DNA of 64,000 nucleotides from a virus: positions 1 to 64,000 of IMG/VR virus record IMGVR_UViG_3300022928_001147, one strand, 5' to 3'. The translations under genes were made by a program, and so were the position numbers. Under the pieces are notes generated by a model. It saw only the letters and a program-made list of their open reading frames with translations, was not told the origin of the DNA and made no database searches. Below are positions 27,323-37,013 of this stretch, piece by piece (position 1 is the first letter of the stretch; every line of letters starts with the position of its first letter).

Positions 27323-27438
27323 TTAGTAGTCCTCACGTCACTATCAGCTCCGCCGCTTAAACGAATTCCTATTCCTTTATGCTGTGCAGCATCTAAAGGA
27401 ATATTAATAGTAGAATTATTATAACGATACACAGTCAT
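27313..27438 (-). pseudogene. Chimeric minigene: PP-loop ATPase N-terminus fused to a radical-SAM C-terminal tail
   Basis: MTVYRYNNSTINIPLDAAQHKGIGIRLSGGADS|DVRTTKWK*; compare IIVRLSGGFDS (31285 gene) and DVRATKWR* (28058 gene). Confidence 0.8.
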
Positions 27439-28067
27439 TGATTTTCCAATATAAAAAATAAATTTTTACGATGTTCAGTAAGTTTAAAATTATATTTTTT
27501 AGCAAATTCTTTTACAGCTTTTTCTACGCCTGGCCAATCTGGATTACCATAATCGTCCCCACATATAACTTTAGTATTTTTAAAGTGCTCTAGAGTTTGC
27601 ATTACACCGTCATAAGATTGATTAGCATCTATAAATATAGCATCGTAATTAACTCCGTATTCGTCTTGAATATACTGCTGAAGACGCATTGTCAATACAA
27701 ATTTAACTATATGAAACTTAGGATGATGTTGTAATACAAAATTCCAAACTTCTCTATGAGACATCGTTTTTAATAAATTAGCTATACCTTCCCAGCAATC
27801 TAAATGATTTCCAGGAGTTGACGGTTTTCTACCAGCATTTTTATTAAATTCTGGTATATCTTCTGGTCCAATATCAAATTTGTCCAATGCATCATAGTGT
27901 GCATCTCCAGGCAATGCATCTAACCACGCCCAAGAGCTCCTACCAAGGGAAACTCCTATTTCTAAAAATCTAGGTTTCTCAGGTAATAAGTCAACTACAT
28001 CTTTATATAATTTGTGTTGATACATGCTAGTAAACCCAGGCACATATCGTGCTAAAGTTATCTCCAT
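27435..28067 (-). CDS. Class I SAM-dependent methyltransferase, copy 1
   Basis: Clear paralog of 26696..27322 (VPGFTS.YQH, GRS.WAWLD.LP, TKVICGDDY, NLFFILE.Q). Confidence 0.85.
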   Translation of the reverse strand: MEITLARYVPGFTSMYQHKLYKDVVDLLPEKPRFLEIGVSLGRSSWAWLDALPGDAHYDALDKFDIGPEDIPEFNKNAGRKPSTPGNHLDCWEGIANLLKTMSHREVWNFVLQHHPKFHIVKFVLTMRLQQYIQDEYGVNYDAIFIDANQSYDGVMQTLEHFKNTKVICGDDYGNPDWPGVEKAVKEFAKKYNFKLTEHRKNLFFILENQ

Positions 28068-29101
28068 TTTGTTGCCCTTACATCATGGCTACAGAAACAA
28101 TGCTTGACTTTGCACACTGTGGGTTCTACAGTCCAATCAAAAGTTGTACAATTATCAGTTAAATAATTGCCAAACACTTTTCCCTGTCTACAACTAGCAT
28201 CGGCACTAACCATTCCATTAGAACCTATATAGAGAACATCTATACCTACATTACACTTCCAGCCAGTCCAAGAATTTTCACCCGATGCGGCCATTGCTTC
28301 AGGTATAGATTTAATATAATCTGTTTCATTATATCGAAATGTAATACCACTGCCCATACTTGTAGACTGTTTGCGTATAATAGTGTTGTCTTGGCGCAAC
28401 CATTCTAACTGTTCTTGAGTATAAGTCACCATCCTTAAATGACTTCCTATATCGTCACTTTTATAATTTTCTCTAATTGGTTTTTTAGCAAGTACAGCAA
28501 ACGTACCTTTTTCTTTTAGCAATTCGTATGTTTCAACAACATACTCCCATTTACTAGCAAGTGCAAGAACAAGAGCTCCTGTTTTAACACCTTTCGAATC
28601 TAATAGATTACACACTTCTAAACAATGATCTTTGTCTGCAAATTCAGGATGAAAGCTATATACGATATCAGAAAACATTCCGCCATACTGGTCCCACCAA
28701 CGCACTGACCTTGCTCCGTTGGTAACTAGTCTTACATAATTGTTATCGTACTTTTTAAGTTCTGTAACAAATTTCTCAATGTCTTTCCATACTGTAACTT
28801 CACCGCCTATAAGTTCCCATACTATAGAAGTCTTGTGTTCTTTGTATACTCGATTAATTTCAGCAACAATTTCTAGTGCCTTTTCTACAGGGGGCCAAGG
28901 ATTAGTAGCACCGTAGTGCTCAGGTGTACAATAGCTACATTTATAAGTGCAAGTATTTCCTAGCGCCCAATTAATACTAAGTGTATTTGACTTTCTGTTA
29001 TAACTTTTAATTACATCAACAGGAAGCTCGCCAGCAGCAACTCTTGTTCTAAAATCGTCACGCTGATCTCCCCACAATGTTATTAAGTTGTTATATTCCA
29101 T
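28058..29101 (-). CDS. Radical SAM enzyme, C-terminal twitch-like domain (subfamily B)
   Basis: WALGNTCTYKCSYC, GGE.T, SFHPE, W.GWKC..G...C...C....C.C. Confidence 0.9.
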   Translation of the reverse strand: MEYNNLITLWGDQRDDFRTRVAAGELPVDVIKSYNRKSNTLSINWALGNTCTYKCSYCTPEHYGATNPWPPVEKALEIVAEINRVYKEHKTSIVWELIGGEVTVWKDIEKFVTELKKYDNNYVRLVTNGARSVRWWDQYGGMFSDIVYSFHPEFADKDHCLEVCNLLDSKGVKTGALVLALASKWEYVVETYELLKEKGTFAVLAKKPIRENYKSDDIGSHLRMVTYTQEQLEWLRQDNTIIRKQSTSMGSGITFRYNETDYIKSIPEAMAASGENSWTGWKCNVGIDVLYIGSNGMVSADASCRQGKVFGNYLTDNCTTFDWTVEPTVCKVKHCFCSHDVRATKWR

Positions 29102-30500
29102 CAAAAATACCCTTCATTTCTGGAAAAGTTTCATAAAAACTATTTCCTCTATGTGCATCGTTGAGTTCTAAGAATTCTTTCATTTCAGGTAGTCGAACAC
29201 TCCAGTCCTCGCTTTCCATAAATTTTAACATGCCTTCTAAACGACTGATGCCATAACTTGCTGCGAGCCAATCGTCTTTAGTAACTTTGCCTTTATGCCA
29301 TTCAGGAATACCTTTTTCCCAGTTAGCTTCCCACCATGGATAAAATTCTTCATACTTTTTGCGACATGCTGCTTTAAATTCTTTAGGCAAGACTTTAACA
29401 TTAAGATGAGGTGGATGATAAACAAAGTGATAATTTACCGCACCTGCACCAAACGGCCACATGTTGATTTTCTTGAATCCTTCTTCTAACTTCCAACGAA
29501 TAAAATCAGGAATGTAATAGATGTTTAATGCTTGTACTGCACATGCAATTGTAATTTCAGTGTTTGACGGCGTTTGTGTGTCTAAAATGTGAAACACTTC
29601 TTTAGTTCGTTCCCATTTACTAGGATAGCGTATATAGTCATTCATTTCGTGTATACTGTCTACACTATAATGGAACCGCACAAGTTTAAACTCTTTCCAG
29701 AGATCAAACAAATCTTCACGCCATTCTACACCATTTGAGTTGTAGCGTAATTCAAGGTTTTTAGCATAGCCCATTTTAATAGCATGTTCAAGAATCTCAT
29801 AGTGTTCTTCAATAATAAGACTTTCGCCGCCAGCAAAATAAATTTGTTGCATGCTTGGCATCTGTTCATAGAACTGTTTCCAAAATGTAGGATTTTGTTT
29901 ATGCCAATTGTAACTACTACCATTGTAGCTGCCTTTGTCCTGCCATTGCATTGTTTCTTTTAGACTTGCATTTTCTACAGCAGGAAAGATTGCTTTATAA
30001 TCTTTGATCCATCCCGAGCTGTCGTGCGGGCTACACATAATACATGCTAATTGGCACTTAGTTCCGAATCGCAAATCAATATATGCAAGCTGGGGAGGAA
30101 CACTTCCGTCTTCTTTAGTATCAGCAATTAATTTATCAACATCAACACGCTGACTCCAATACTTAGTTTCCCACATACGCTTTGAATTATGTCCAGCAGC
30201 TTCTTCTTTGTAGCATTTTAAACAACTAGGCGGTTTTTCTCCTGCAAGCATTTGCTTACGCACGTTTTTCATATATGTGCTGTTCCAAGCAGTTTCAAAA
30301 TCGCTTACGTTTAAGTTGTTAGGTTTGCCGTCTTCTGTTTTAAGAATACCAACTTGGCCGCCGTGTTCTTTGTCATTAGTTGCACCTACACTGCTTGCAT
30401 TTGCAGTACAGCATACTCGCATACTACCATCTGGTCGAGTACTAAGATGCACCCACGGCAATAAACAAAATGTGTTAGAGGGTAATTTGTGATCAGACAT
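29091..30500 (-). CDS. Radical SAM enzyme, N-terminal twitch domain (subfamily A)
   Basis: FCLLPW..RVCC..CLKC; CQLACIMC; AGGE. Confidence 0.9.
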   Translation of the reverse strand: MSDHKLPSNTFCLLPWVHLSTRPDGSMRVCCTANASSVGATNDKEHGGQVGILKTEDGKPNNLNVSDFETAWNSTYMKNVRKQMLAGEKPPSCLKCYKEEAAGHNSKRMWETKYWSQRVDVDKLIADTKEDGSVPPQLAYIDLRFGTKCQLACIMCSPHDSSGWIKDYKAIFPAVENASLKETMQWQDKGSYNGSSYNWHKQNPTFWKQFYEQMPSMQQIYFAGGESLIIEEHYEILEHAIKMGYAKNLELRYNSNGVEWREDLFDLWKEFKLVRFHYSVDSIHEMNDYIRYPSKWERTKEVFHILDTQTPSNTEITIACAVQALNIYYIPDFIRWKLEEGFKKINMWPFGAGAVNYHFVYHPPHLNVKVLPKEFKAACRKKYEEFYPWWEANWEKGIPEWHKGKVTKDDWLAASYGISRLEGMLKFMESEDWSVRLPEMKEFLELNDAHRGNSFYETFPEMKGIFDGI

Positions 30501-30585
30501 ATTTTTTAAACCTTTTATTTAAATTTAGTAAGTTGGTTTTTCTAATGTTATCTACTGTATTGTAACATAATGGCGGTTTATTCAT
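30493..30585 (-). pseudogene. Collapsed radical-SAM minigene (30 aa)
   Basis: MNKPPLCY|NTVDNIRKTNLLNLNKRFKKYV* matches the first and last residues of 35871..37013 (MIQDKPLCY...NSLDAVRQTNLVDIDERFKDYV*). Confidence 0.8.
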
Positions 30586-31186
30586 TAATTCTCTCTTTGA
30601 TTTCTTGATAAAGGAGTCGCCCAAACTCTTTATGACCAGCTGGTCCTGGGTGGCTATTATCCAATGCTTTCGGATGCTCTCGACGTATTTTATTAATACT
30701 TGTTCTACACAATTGAACATCATTCCAATTAAAATCGTGTTTATACATCCCAGATCCAAAAGCATGAAAATTTAATATGTTTCGTTTAGTTAAAAAATAA
30801 TGAGCATAATTAAGTCTAGTGTACATGTCTACCTTCATATCATAAAAATCATGGACATTGCGGTAAAAAAATCTAGATGTTTTGTCGGTTTGCCAAGCAT
30901 TAATATGTTTTATACCATCTTCAGTTATAATACAATACCTGTCAAAATGAGACCATAATACAACTACCATGTCTTCATCTTGATAATTAAAATTTTGTAG
31001 GTTGTATAAAATTTCTTTATTACTTGATCCAGATACTGCACAATTAACAAGTTCTCTGTTAAGACGATTTGCAACTTCATTCGGCCATGCAAACTTGCTT
31101 GGCAGACTTCCATTATGGCCATTTTCCCAACAATCTTCTAAACCAGTGCCGTATGTTAAACTGCATCCAAATGTAATTAACCTCAT
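30578..31186 (-). CDS. SGNH/GDSL-hydrolase-like protein
   Basis: LITFGCSLT.G, N.AVSGSSN, D.SHPG..GH. Confidence 0.75.
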   Translation of the reverse strand: MRLITFGCSLTYGTGLEDCWENGHNGSLPSKFAWPNEVANRLNRELVNCAVSGSSNKEILYNLQNFNYQDEDMVVVLWSHFDRYCIITEDGIKHINAWQTDKTSRFFYRNVHDFYDMKVDMYTRLNYAHYFLTKRNILNFHAFGSGMYKHDFNWNDVQLCRTSINKIRREHPKALDNSHPGPAGHKEFGRLLYQEIKERINE

Positions 31187-31190
31187 AAAT

Positions 31191-31295
31191 TTACTCTTCA
31201 AATAATTCTTTATATTCGGACACTATGTCAAGTATAGTTTGATTTCTATTTTTGTCTTTCGATGGTAATTTTCTATCAGCTATATTATTTTTCAT
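31191..31295 (-). pseudogene. Collapsed radical-SAM minigene (34 aa)
   Basis: MKNNIADRKLPSK|DKNRNQTILDIVSEYKELFEE*; head resembles MSDHKLPSN (29091 gene), tail resembles DNLRNQNILDIVPEYKGLFNE (32027 gene). Confidence 0.75.
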
Positions 31296-32040
31296 AGTTT
31301 TTATTTGCCCATTCTCTTTCGTAACACCACCAACATATAGGAGATGTCTTACAAGTTGTTGTAAAATTATCTGTTGCTTCTCTAAGTCCTTCGCAGCTTC
31401 TTGTAATAGATAACATATCTTGCAAAATGCCAAATCGATCTGCTAAGGAAAATACTATTCTTTTATCAAAATTTCTAAAAGGTTCTATTTCATGACCAAA
31501 CTGTTTAGTGTTATGATACACTGACCTTGAATTAGCTATTGCTCCAATTATTAGAGGTACTTGTCTATTTTTTTCAGGATTATGTTTTTCTTCGCCTATA
31601 TGTACATCTGGATTTTTTGTTACTCCGTTATACGAAACAACATCAGTGTCTAAATTATAATCTTTAATAATTTTTAATAATAACTCATCCTGTGCGTTAC
31701 TATAAATTTTTCCAGTATCGTTATCTAACCACCAATTGTCAACGTCGAGTCGTTGTGTAGGTTTTACATCTAAATTAGGAAATTTGTCTTTGACATAATC
31801 TAATATAGTGTCAACTACAGGATACGGATTTGCTTTATCCATAGCTGGATCATTATTAGGATTGTTTATCTTTCTCACAGTTAAAGGATAAATCGACGGT
31901 GATAAGTTATTTTCGTTCAACAGAAATGCAATAGTGTATAACATTACTGCACTATCAAATCCGCCACTTAGCCGTACGATTATATTAGAACAATCAAGTT
32001 TAAAGGCCACCTTTCCATAAGCAGTTTTATAAAAATTCAT
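31285..32040 (-). CDS. QueC-like PP-loop ATPase
   Basis: IIVRLSGGFDSA PP-loop; PF...DK; TRSC...C....CWWC.ER putative Zn site. Confidence 0.75.
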   Translation of the reverse strand: MNFYKTAYGKVAFKLDCSNIIVRLSGGFDSAVMLYTIAFLLNENNLSPSIYPLTVRKINNPNNDPAMDKANPYPVVDTILDYVKDKFPNLDVKPTQRLDVDNWWLDNDTGKIYSNAQDELLLKIIKDYNLDTDVVSYNGVTKNPDVHIGEEKHNPEKNRQVPLIIGAIANSRSVYHNTKQFGHEIEPFRNFDKRIVFSLADRFGILQDMLSITRSCEGLREATDNFTTTCKTSPICWWCYEREWANKNYEK

Positions 32041-33334
32041 TAAATAATCCTTTATATTCTGGAACAATATCCAAAATATTTTGGTTTCTTAAATTGTCTA
32101 ATTTAACTGTGTAATCAATAAAGTTTGACAATTTGTCGCTTTCGTCTTTCCCTTGCATGTAGTTACTTATACTATCAAGTATCTTGCAAGCACGTTTATT
32201 GGTAGCATCGTCAAAATTATCAAATGTTGTCTTACATTTTTCATAATGTGCAACTATGTCATCTTTAATATCCTGAGGCAATACTCTTACACTGCTGTAC
32301 CAAGGCTTGTGACACATATGATGTGACATAATTTTAATATTCTTTCCTGCTCCTATGCGTTTGAATTCTTGTTTGACTATCCAGTTAATAAATTCTGGAA
32401 TGTGATATACGTTTAAGTTTGTAACAGTACACGCTATCCAAGCATCTACATTAGGAAGAGTATCAACTATTTTTAAATTCTTTTCTATTGCACTCCATTT
32501 AGCAGGGTAACGTTGGTATTCTAATACTTTCCCCATACCGTCGATGCTTGCACCAATTTTTATTCTTTTAAACTTTTCCCATAACACTAATACCTTAGTA
32601 GGAATGTTAGTTAAATTAGTATTGTATTCTATAGTTATGCGATGAGCATTATTACTATCAATACACTTTTGTAAAAACTCATAATGGCGTTCTATCATTA
32701 GAGGTTCGCCACCTGCCATGTAAACATGTTCAATGTTTTTTATGTTCGATTCAATATGTTCCCAGAAAGTTGTACTATAGTGCCAATCATACGCATCTGT
32801 AACCCATCTGCCATTCTCATTTTTCTCAAGTGTAACCTTGCCATGTGTGTCATCCCATTTATTACCGTACATGTTAACCCAGTCTTTATACCAAGTATGG
32901 CTATCTTCAGGGCCGCACATTCGACAAGCTAAATTACATAAATTTCCAAAGCGTAAATCGTAATACACTAACGGATTTTTATCAATATTAATTTCTCCGT
33001 CTACTGTTGTCGAATCAATAATTGAATCAATTGATGTATTCCATATATCATTTTCGTACATCCGTCTACTTCTTAGTCCGCTCTCTTCTTCTTGTTGACA
33101 GCGTGTACAATCGGGGTGCCATTTGCCTTCAAGCATTGTCTTGCGAACGTCTTTAATCAATGCTGCATTGCGGGCTTCGTCTAAAGAATCTGAACCTGCG
33201 TTATAAGGAACGCCATTGTCTTTCTTTAATGTACCACGGCCGGGTGTAGAGTTCATTTGACAGCAGACTCTTACTGTTCCGTTATTTTGTACTGCTTGAA
33301 AGTTCCAAGGAATAGGACAAAATGTTTTAGGCAT
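32027..33334 (-). CDS. Radical SAM enzyme, N-terminal twitch domain (subfamily A)
   Basis: FCPIPW..RVCC..CTRC; CNLACRMC; AGGEP. Confidence 0.9.
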   Translation of the reverse strand: MPKTFCPIPWNFQAVQNNGTVRVCCQMNSTPGRGTLKKDNGVPYNAGSDSLDEARNAALIKDVRKTMLEGKWHPDCTRCQQEEESGLRSRRMYENDIWNTSIDSIIDSTTVDGEINIDKNPLVYYDLRFGNLCNLACRMCGPEDSHTWYKDWVNMYGNKWDDTHGKVTLEKNENGRWVTDAYDWHYSTTFWEHIESNIKNIEHVYMAGGEPLMIERHYEFLQKCIDSNNAHRITIEYNTNLTNIPTKVLVLWEKFKRIKIGASIDGMGKVLEYQRYPAKWSAIEKNLKIVDTLPNVDAWIACTVTNLNVYHIPEFINWIVKQEFKRIGAGKNIKIMSHHMCHKPWYSSVRVLPQDIKDDIVAHYEKCKTTFDNFDDATNKRACKILDSISNYMQGKDESDKLSNFIDYTVKLDNLRNQNILDIVPEYKGLFNEFL

Positions 33335-34607
33335 TCCAATATTCCTTAAATTCAGGATAGTAATCTAATACATTTGTATTGTTATACGCATCTTGAACTT
33401 GCATATTGCGAATAAAAGAGTCCCAATCTTTATCATATAGGTCTTCTGCATTCATATAATTAATTAATTTTTTTCCTATCACAGGAATTCTACGCTGATA
33501 GTAGTCTATTAAAGAATGCTTTTGCGTATATTGCAGTGCAATTGTTTCTAAATTTTCAATAAACTCATTGTACTCTTGAGTAATTTGTTCTTTAAGTGCT
33601 TTAGGCAATATTCTCGGATTTAATGATGACGGATATTGCACTAAACTTGCATGTACTCTAACATTAAGTTGCATAAAGTATTTAAATACGTCAACAATTC
33701 TCGTCATATTTAATACACTGGTAGTACATGTTGCTTGCAAGAATACATTATCAAGTGTTTTGTTTATTTGTTTAATGTTTTCTTCAACTTTATCAATGTT
33801 TCCGTTAACTCGAATATACGGATATATGTCAGGTGTAGCATCAATACTAACTAACACTCCTACATTTTTAAATTTTTTCCATAACGGCAATACGTTATTA
33901 CCTTTATGTTCTAATGTCGATAAGTTGCTGTTGTAGTTTAATACAATATTTTCTGCATAGTCTTCTAAACCTTCTAAAAATTTATAATGTTTTTCATGAT
34001 ATAAAGGTTCGCCGCCTGTGATTAGAATTTCTTGTAAGTGAGGTGCTAATATTTCTATTTCATCAATAATGTCAGTATTCAATTTTACAGAAGGTTTATT
34101 AGAATCCTTAACTAATTCGGCCATTTCAGGAGACCTTGCTGCTGCTTTACTCCATAATGAACTGTATACTGGGCTGCAATGCCTACACATTAGATTGCAA
34201 GTATTATCAAACCGTATTTCAACACTTTTTAGTTGTTCAATTGAGTACGAAAAATCATCATTAATAGTACTTCTAACATAAGTTTCTAATTGCTTAGGCA
34301 CTACATCATTTTTTGATTCGTTAAATACAATTTGATCATTTTCAATTTTCCAAGATTGTAGGGTTTCCTGTCTTGTACTCATTACTCCGCTCGATTCTAA
34401 GTCCCAACAGCTTCTGCATCCTTCTGATTTAATACCCGAAAGTAATTCTTGTCTTAACTTTTTTGTTTCATCGTTATTGAAAATTTCAGTTAATGAAGAT
34501 GTTGTGCTGTTTCCAAGTGTAGTCTGGCCGCGCCAACATGCACACACTCTTCCTTCGTGTTTTAAATTTTGATGTACAAACGGCATTATACAAAACGTAT
34601 CACTCAT
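33327..34607 (-). CDS. Radical SAM enzyme, N-terminal twitch domain (subfamily A)
   Basis: FCIMPF..CAC..CRSC; CNLMCRHC; TGGEP. Confidence 0.9.
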   Translation of the reverse strand: MSDTFCIMPFVHQNLKHEGRVCACWRGQTTLGNSTTSSLTEIFNNDETKKLRQELLSGIKSEGCRSCWDLESSGVMSTRQETLQSWKIENDQIVFNESKNDVVPKQLETYVRSTINDDFSYSIEQLKSVEIRFDNTCNLMCRHCSPVYSSLWSKAAARSPEMAELVKDSNKPSVKLNTDIIDEIEILAPHLQEILITGGEPLYHEKHYKFLEGLEDYAENIVLNYNSNLSTLEHKGNNVLPLWKKFKNVGVLVSIDATPDIYPYIRVNGNIDKVEENIKQINKTLDNVFLQATCTTSVLNMTRIVDVFKYFMQLNVRVHASLVQYPSSLNPRILPKALKEQITQEYNEFIENLETIALQYTQKHSLIDYYQRRIPVIGKKLINYMNAEDLYDKDWDSFIRNMQVQDAYNNTNVLDYYPEFKEYWNA

Positions 34608-35878
34608 TTAATATTTCCTTTAATTTCATTGTACTTATATCCTAAATTTTTCTCTAAGTATTGATATAACTCAGGAATTTGTTTTTCTAAACTTTGAGAT
34701 CTTAATAAATCTACATCTTTGGTATATTTTATAAACACATCTGTTTCTTTATTTGAAGTACTACCATTTAAATATTGTATAATCTTGTTGTGATGTCTCC
34801 TAATAATCTTTTGTTCGTTGATAGGTCTATTGATACTATCTATATACGATTTAAACTTTTCAACTATTAAATGTTTAGCAGGTAATATATCTATCGCAAT
34901 GTAACTTGGTGAATATACCGTGTTCATAACAACTTTTCCCGGACCATCATTAATTGTAATTAATCCTTTATTTGAACGTTGATCTATCCAATATTCTAAT
35001 AACGTGGACATATTAAAAATATTATATGCGCAAAGTGTAGGTGTTAATATAACTGCAACATTATCATGATTACATTCAAAATCTAACCAACTATCAATGC
35101 TCGATTGTACATCTAGCCAATTTGAATTTTGTCTTACATAATCATTAACTTCACCAGTGCCGTCGATTGACATCCATATTTCTGCTTTTTTAAATTTAGC
35201 TAATGTAGACATTAATTTTTCTTTCGGAGACCAACTTGAGTTTGTAAAGATTTCAAGAGTAATTTGTTTATGGTGCCCGCCTTCTATTATAACATCTAAG
35301 AATTTTACAAAATCAGGGTGTAGCATAGGTTCGCCACCTGTAAATTTTATATGCACTGTGTTTTTAAAATCTTCAGGCTTCCAATTAAATCCTATATTAA
35401 ATCGTTGAGAATACAATTCTCTATCGGGATAGTGTTTTACTAATTCCTTATCATCTTCAAACCAAGATGTTGATAGTTGAGAATTGCAAGTACGGCATGC
35501 TAAATTACAATAATTACCAAATGTAACTTCAAGAAATTTTAATGAAATAGTGTCTTCGTTTACAGTAGAATCAACATTGTAATCATCATTATATCCTGTT
35601 CGCATACTTTGATTTGTAATTAAATCTTCTTTGTAGCATTTTGCACACCCTGACAATTTTTCTCCATTTAGCATAGCCTGTCGTAATTGTTCGAACGGCT
35701 GTGATGCTAAAATGTCGTCAACATTTTTAAAATCACTTAATTTTTTATTAGAAAAATCAATAAATTTATCTTCGCCTGTATCATGCATGAGAAATCGGCA
35801 ACACGGTTTAACTAATCCGTTTGGTTTTACTGAAAAATGCATCCACGGAAGTACACACAATGTATCCTTTTTAGACAT
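34604..35878 (-). CDS. Radical SAM enzyme, N-terminal twitch domain (subfamily A)
   Basis: LCVLPW..KPCC..CAKC; CNLACRTC; TGGEP. Confidence 0.9.
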   Translation of the reverse strand: MSKKDTLCVLPWMHFSVKPNGLVKPCCRFLMHDTGEDKFIDFSNKKLSDFKNVDDILASQPFEQLRQAMLNGEKLSGCAKCYKEDLITNQSMRTGYNDDYNVDSTVNEDTISLKFLEVTFGNYCNLACRTCNSQLSTSWFEDDKELVKHYPDRELYSQRFNIGFNWKPEDFKNTVHIKFTGGEPMLHPDFVKFLDVIIEGGHHKQITLEIFTNSSWSPKEKLMSTLAKFKKAEIWMSIDGTGEVNDYVRQNSNWLDVQSSIDSWLDFECNHDNVAVILTPTLCAYNIFNMSTLLEYWIDQRSNKGLITINDGPGKVVMNTVYSPSYIAIDILPAKHLIVEKFKSYIDSINRPINEQKIIRRHHNKIIQYLNGSTSNKETDVFIKYTKDVDLLRSQSLEKQIPELYQYLEKNLGYKYNEIKGNIK

Positions 35879-37013
35879 AATCTTTAAACCTCTCGTCGAT
35901 ATCTACTAAGTTAGTTTGGCGGACAGCATCTAAACTGTTATTAAATTCTTTAAATGCATTATACGCTTCCTCACTGTAGCTAACAGAATTAAGAAGCGAC
36001 ATAATATCATTTACATCATAATTATTATTATTTCCCCAAGCAGTTATATCAGCTTTTGCTTGCTCAAGATGTGCAGGAAGTACTGCACTTACTTCTGAAG
36101 TATAAGATTCACTTAGATCAAACATGGTACCAAAACTGTATCCGTTATCTTGTAATTCTTTAAACCAAGCCAACAAGTCAGTTATATGAAATATATTATA
36201 TGGCATTAATACAATGTTAAAACCGTAATGTTTTGCCATGTCCTTTTTAAATATTTCTTCAATAGTTTTCTTTGTTTTGCTCCAATTTGCATTTGTTCTA
36301 ACATATTCATAAGCTGCGCCAACAGCATCAATACTAAAGACTACATGGATGTCATCAAATTGTTCCATTATCTTTCTAAATTTAGAATTAAGATTTGTAC
36401 CATTAGTAGTAAAGCGCAATGATGGCAATTCAGTATAATTTTCTAAAATTGCCTCAAGAAATTCTACAACTAACGGATCAATAGTAGGTTCTCCACCTAA
36501 TATTTTAATCTGTTTTAATTGTATAGAACTTGTAAAATTTTTAAACTCGTCAAAGTTTTTTACAATTTTCTCCGGAGCAGTAAACCATTTTTGTAAATGA
36601 GCGTGTTGTTGAAATTCAGTAGTTATTTGACTACTTGCATTAGGCACACACATTCTGCATTTTAAGTTACAATGATTGCTGGGACGGTAGTCTAAAAACA
36701 TTGGGCCCTTTGTTGTATTACCAAATTCAATATCAAGCTCTACATCAACTTTGCTGAAATGTTTATCCCATATCCATGTTTCGTCTTTAAGATTTTTTTC
36801 TACCTTATTTTTACAAAACTTACACTTATCAGGCCACTGCTGTGCAAGAAGTTGTTTGCGCATATCTTGCATCTCGTCACTTACCCAGTACTCATCAGGA
36901 GTAAGTGTTTTATACTTTTCTTTTTTAGCTACACAACAGGGTGCATACTCATTATAGCCTGTCGAATACATTCCAATAAACGGAGCGTAGCATAGTGGCT
37001 TATCTTGGATCAT
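35871..37013 (-). CDS. Radical SAM enzyme, N-terminal twitch domain (subfamily A)
   Basis: LCYAPF..APCC..CKFC; CNLKCRMC; LGGEP. Confidence 0.9.
   Translation of the reverse strand: MIQDKPLCYAPFIGMYSTGYNEYAPCCVAKKEKYKTLTPDEYWVSDEMQDMRKQLLAQQWPDKCKFCKNKVEKNLKDETWIWDKHFSKVDVELDIEFGNTTKGPMFLDYRPSNHCNLKCRMCVPNASSQITTEFQQHAHLQKWFTAPEKIVKNFDEFKNFTSSIQLKQIKILGGEPTIDPLVVEFLEAILENYTELPSLRFTTNGTNLNSKFRKIMEQFDDIHVVFSIDAVGAAYEYVRTNANWSKTKKTIEEIFKKDMAKHYGFNIVLMPYNIFHITDLLAWFKELQDNGYSFGTMFDLSESYTSEVSAVLPAHLEQAKADITAWGNNNNYDVNDIMSLLNSVSYSEEAYNAFKEFNNSLDAVRQTNLVDIDERFKDYV

Noticed and set aside
26696-28067. Diversity-generating retroelement (TR/VR pair)
   Set aside because: The repeat is a whole-gene paralogy with changes at all bases, and there is no reverse transcriptase in the window
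30493-31433. Track ORFs 30493-30765 and 31191-31433 as full proteins
   Set aside because: Their upstream parts overlap real genes in another frame; only the ATG-initiated 30-aa and 34-aa ends are supported
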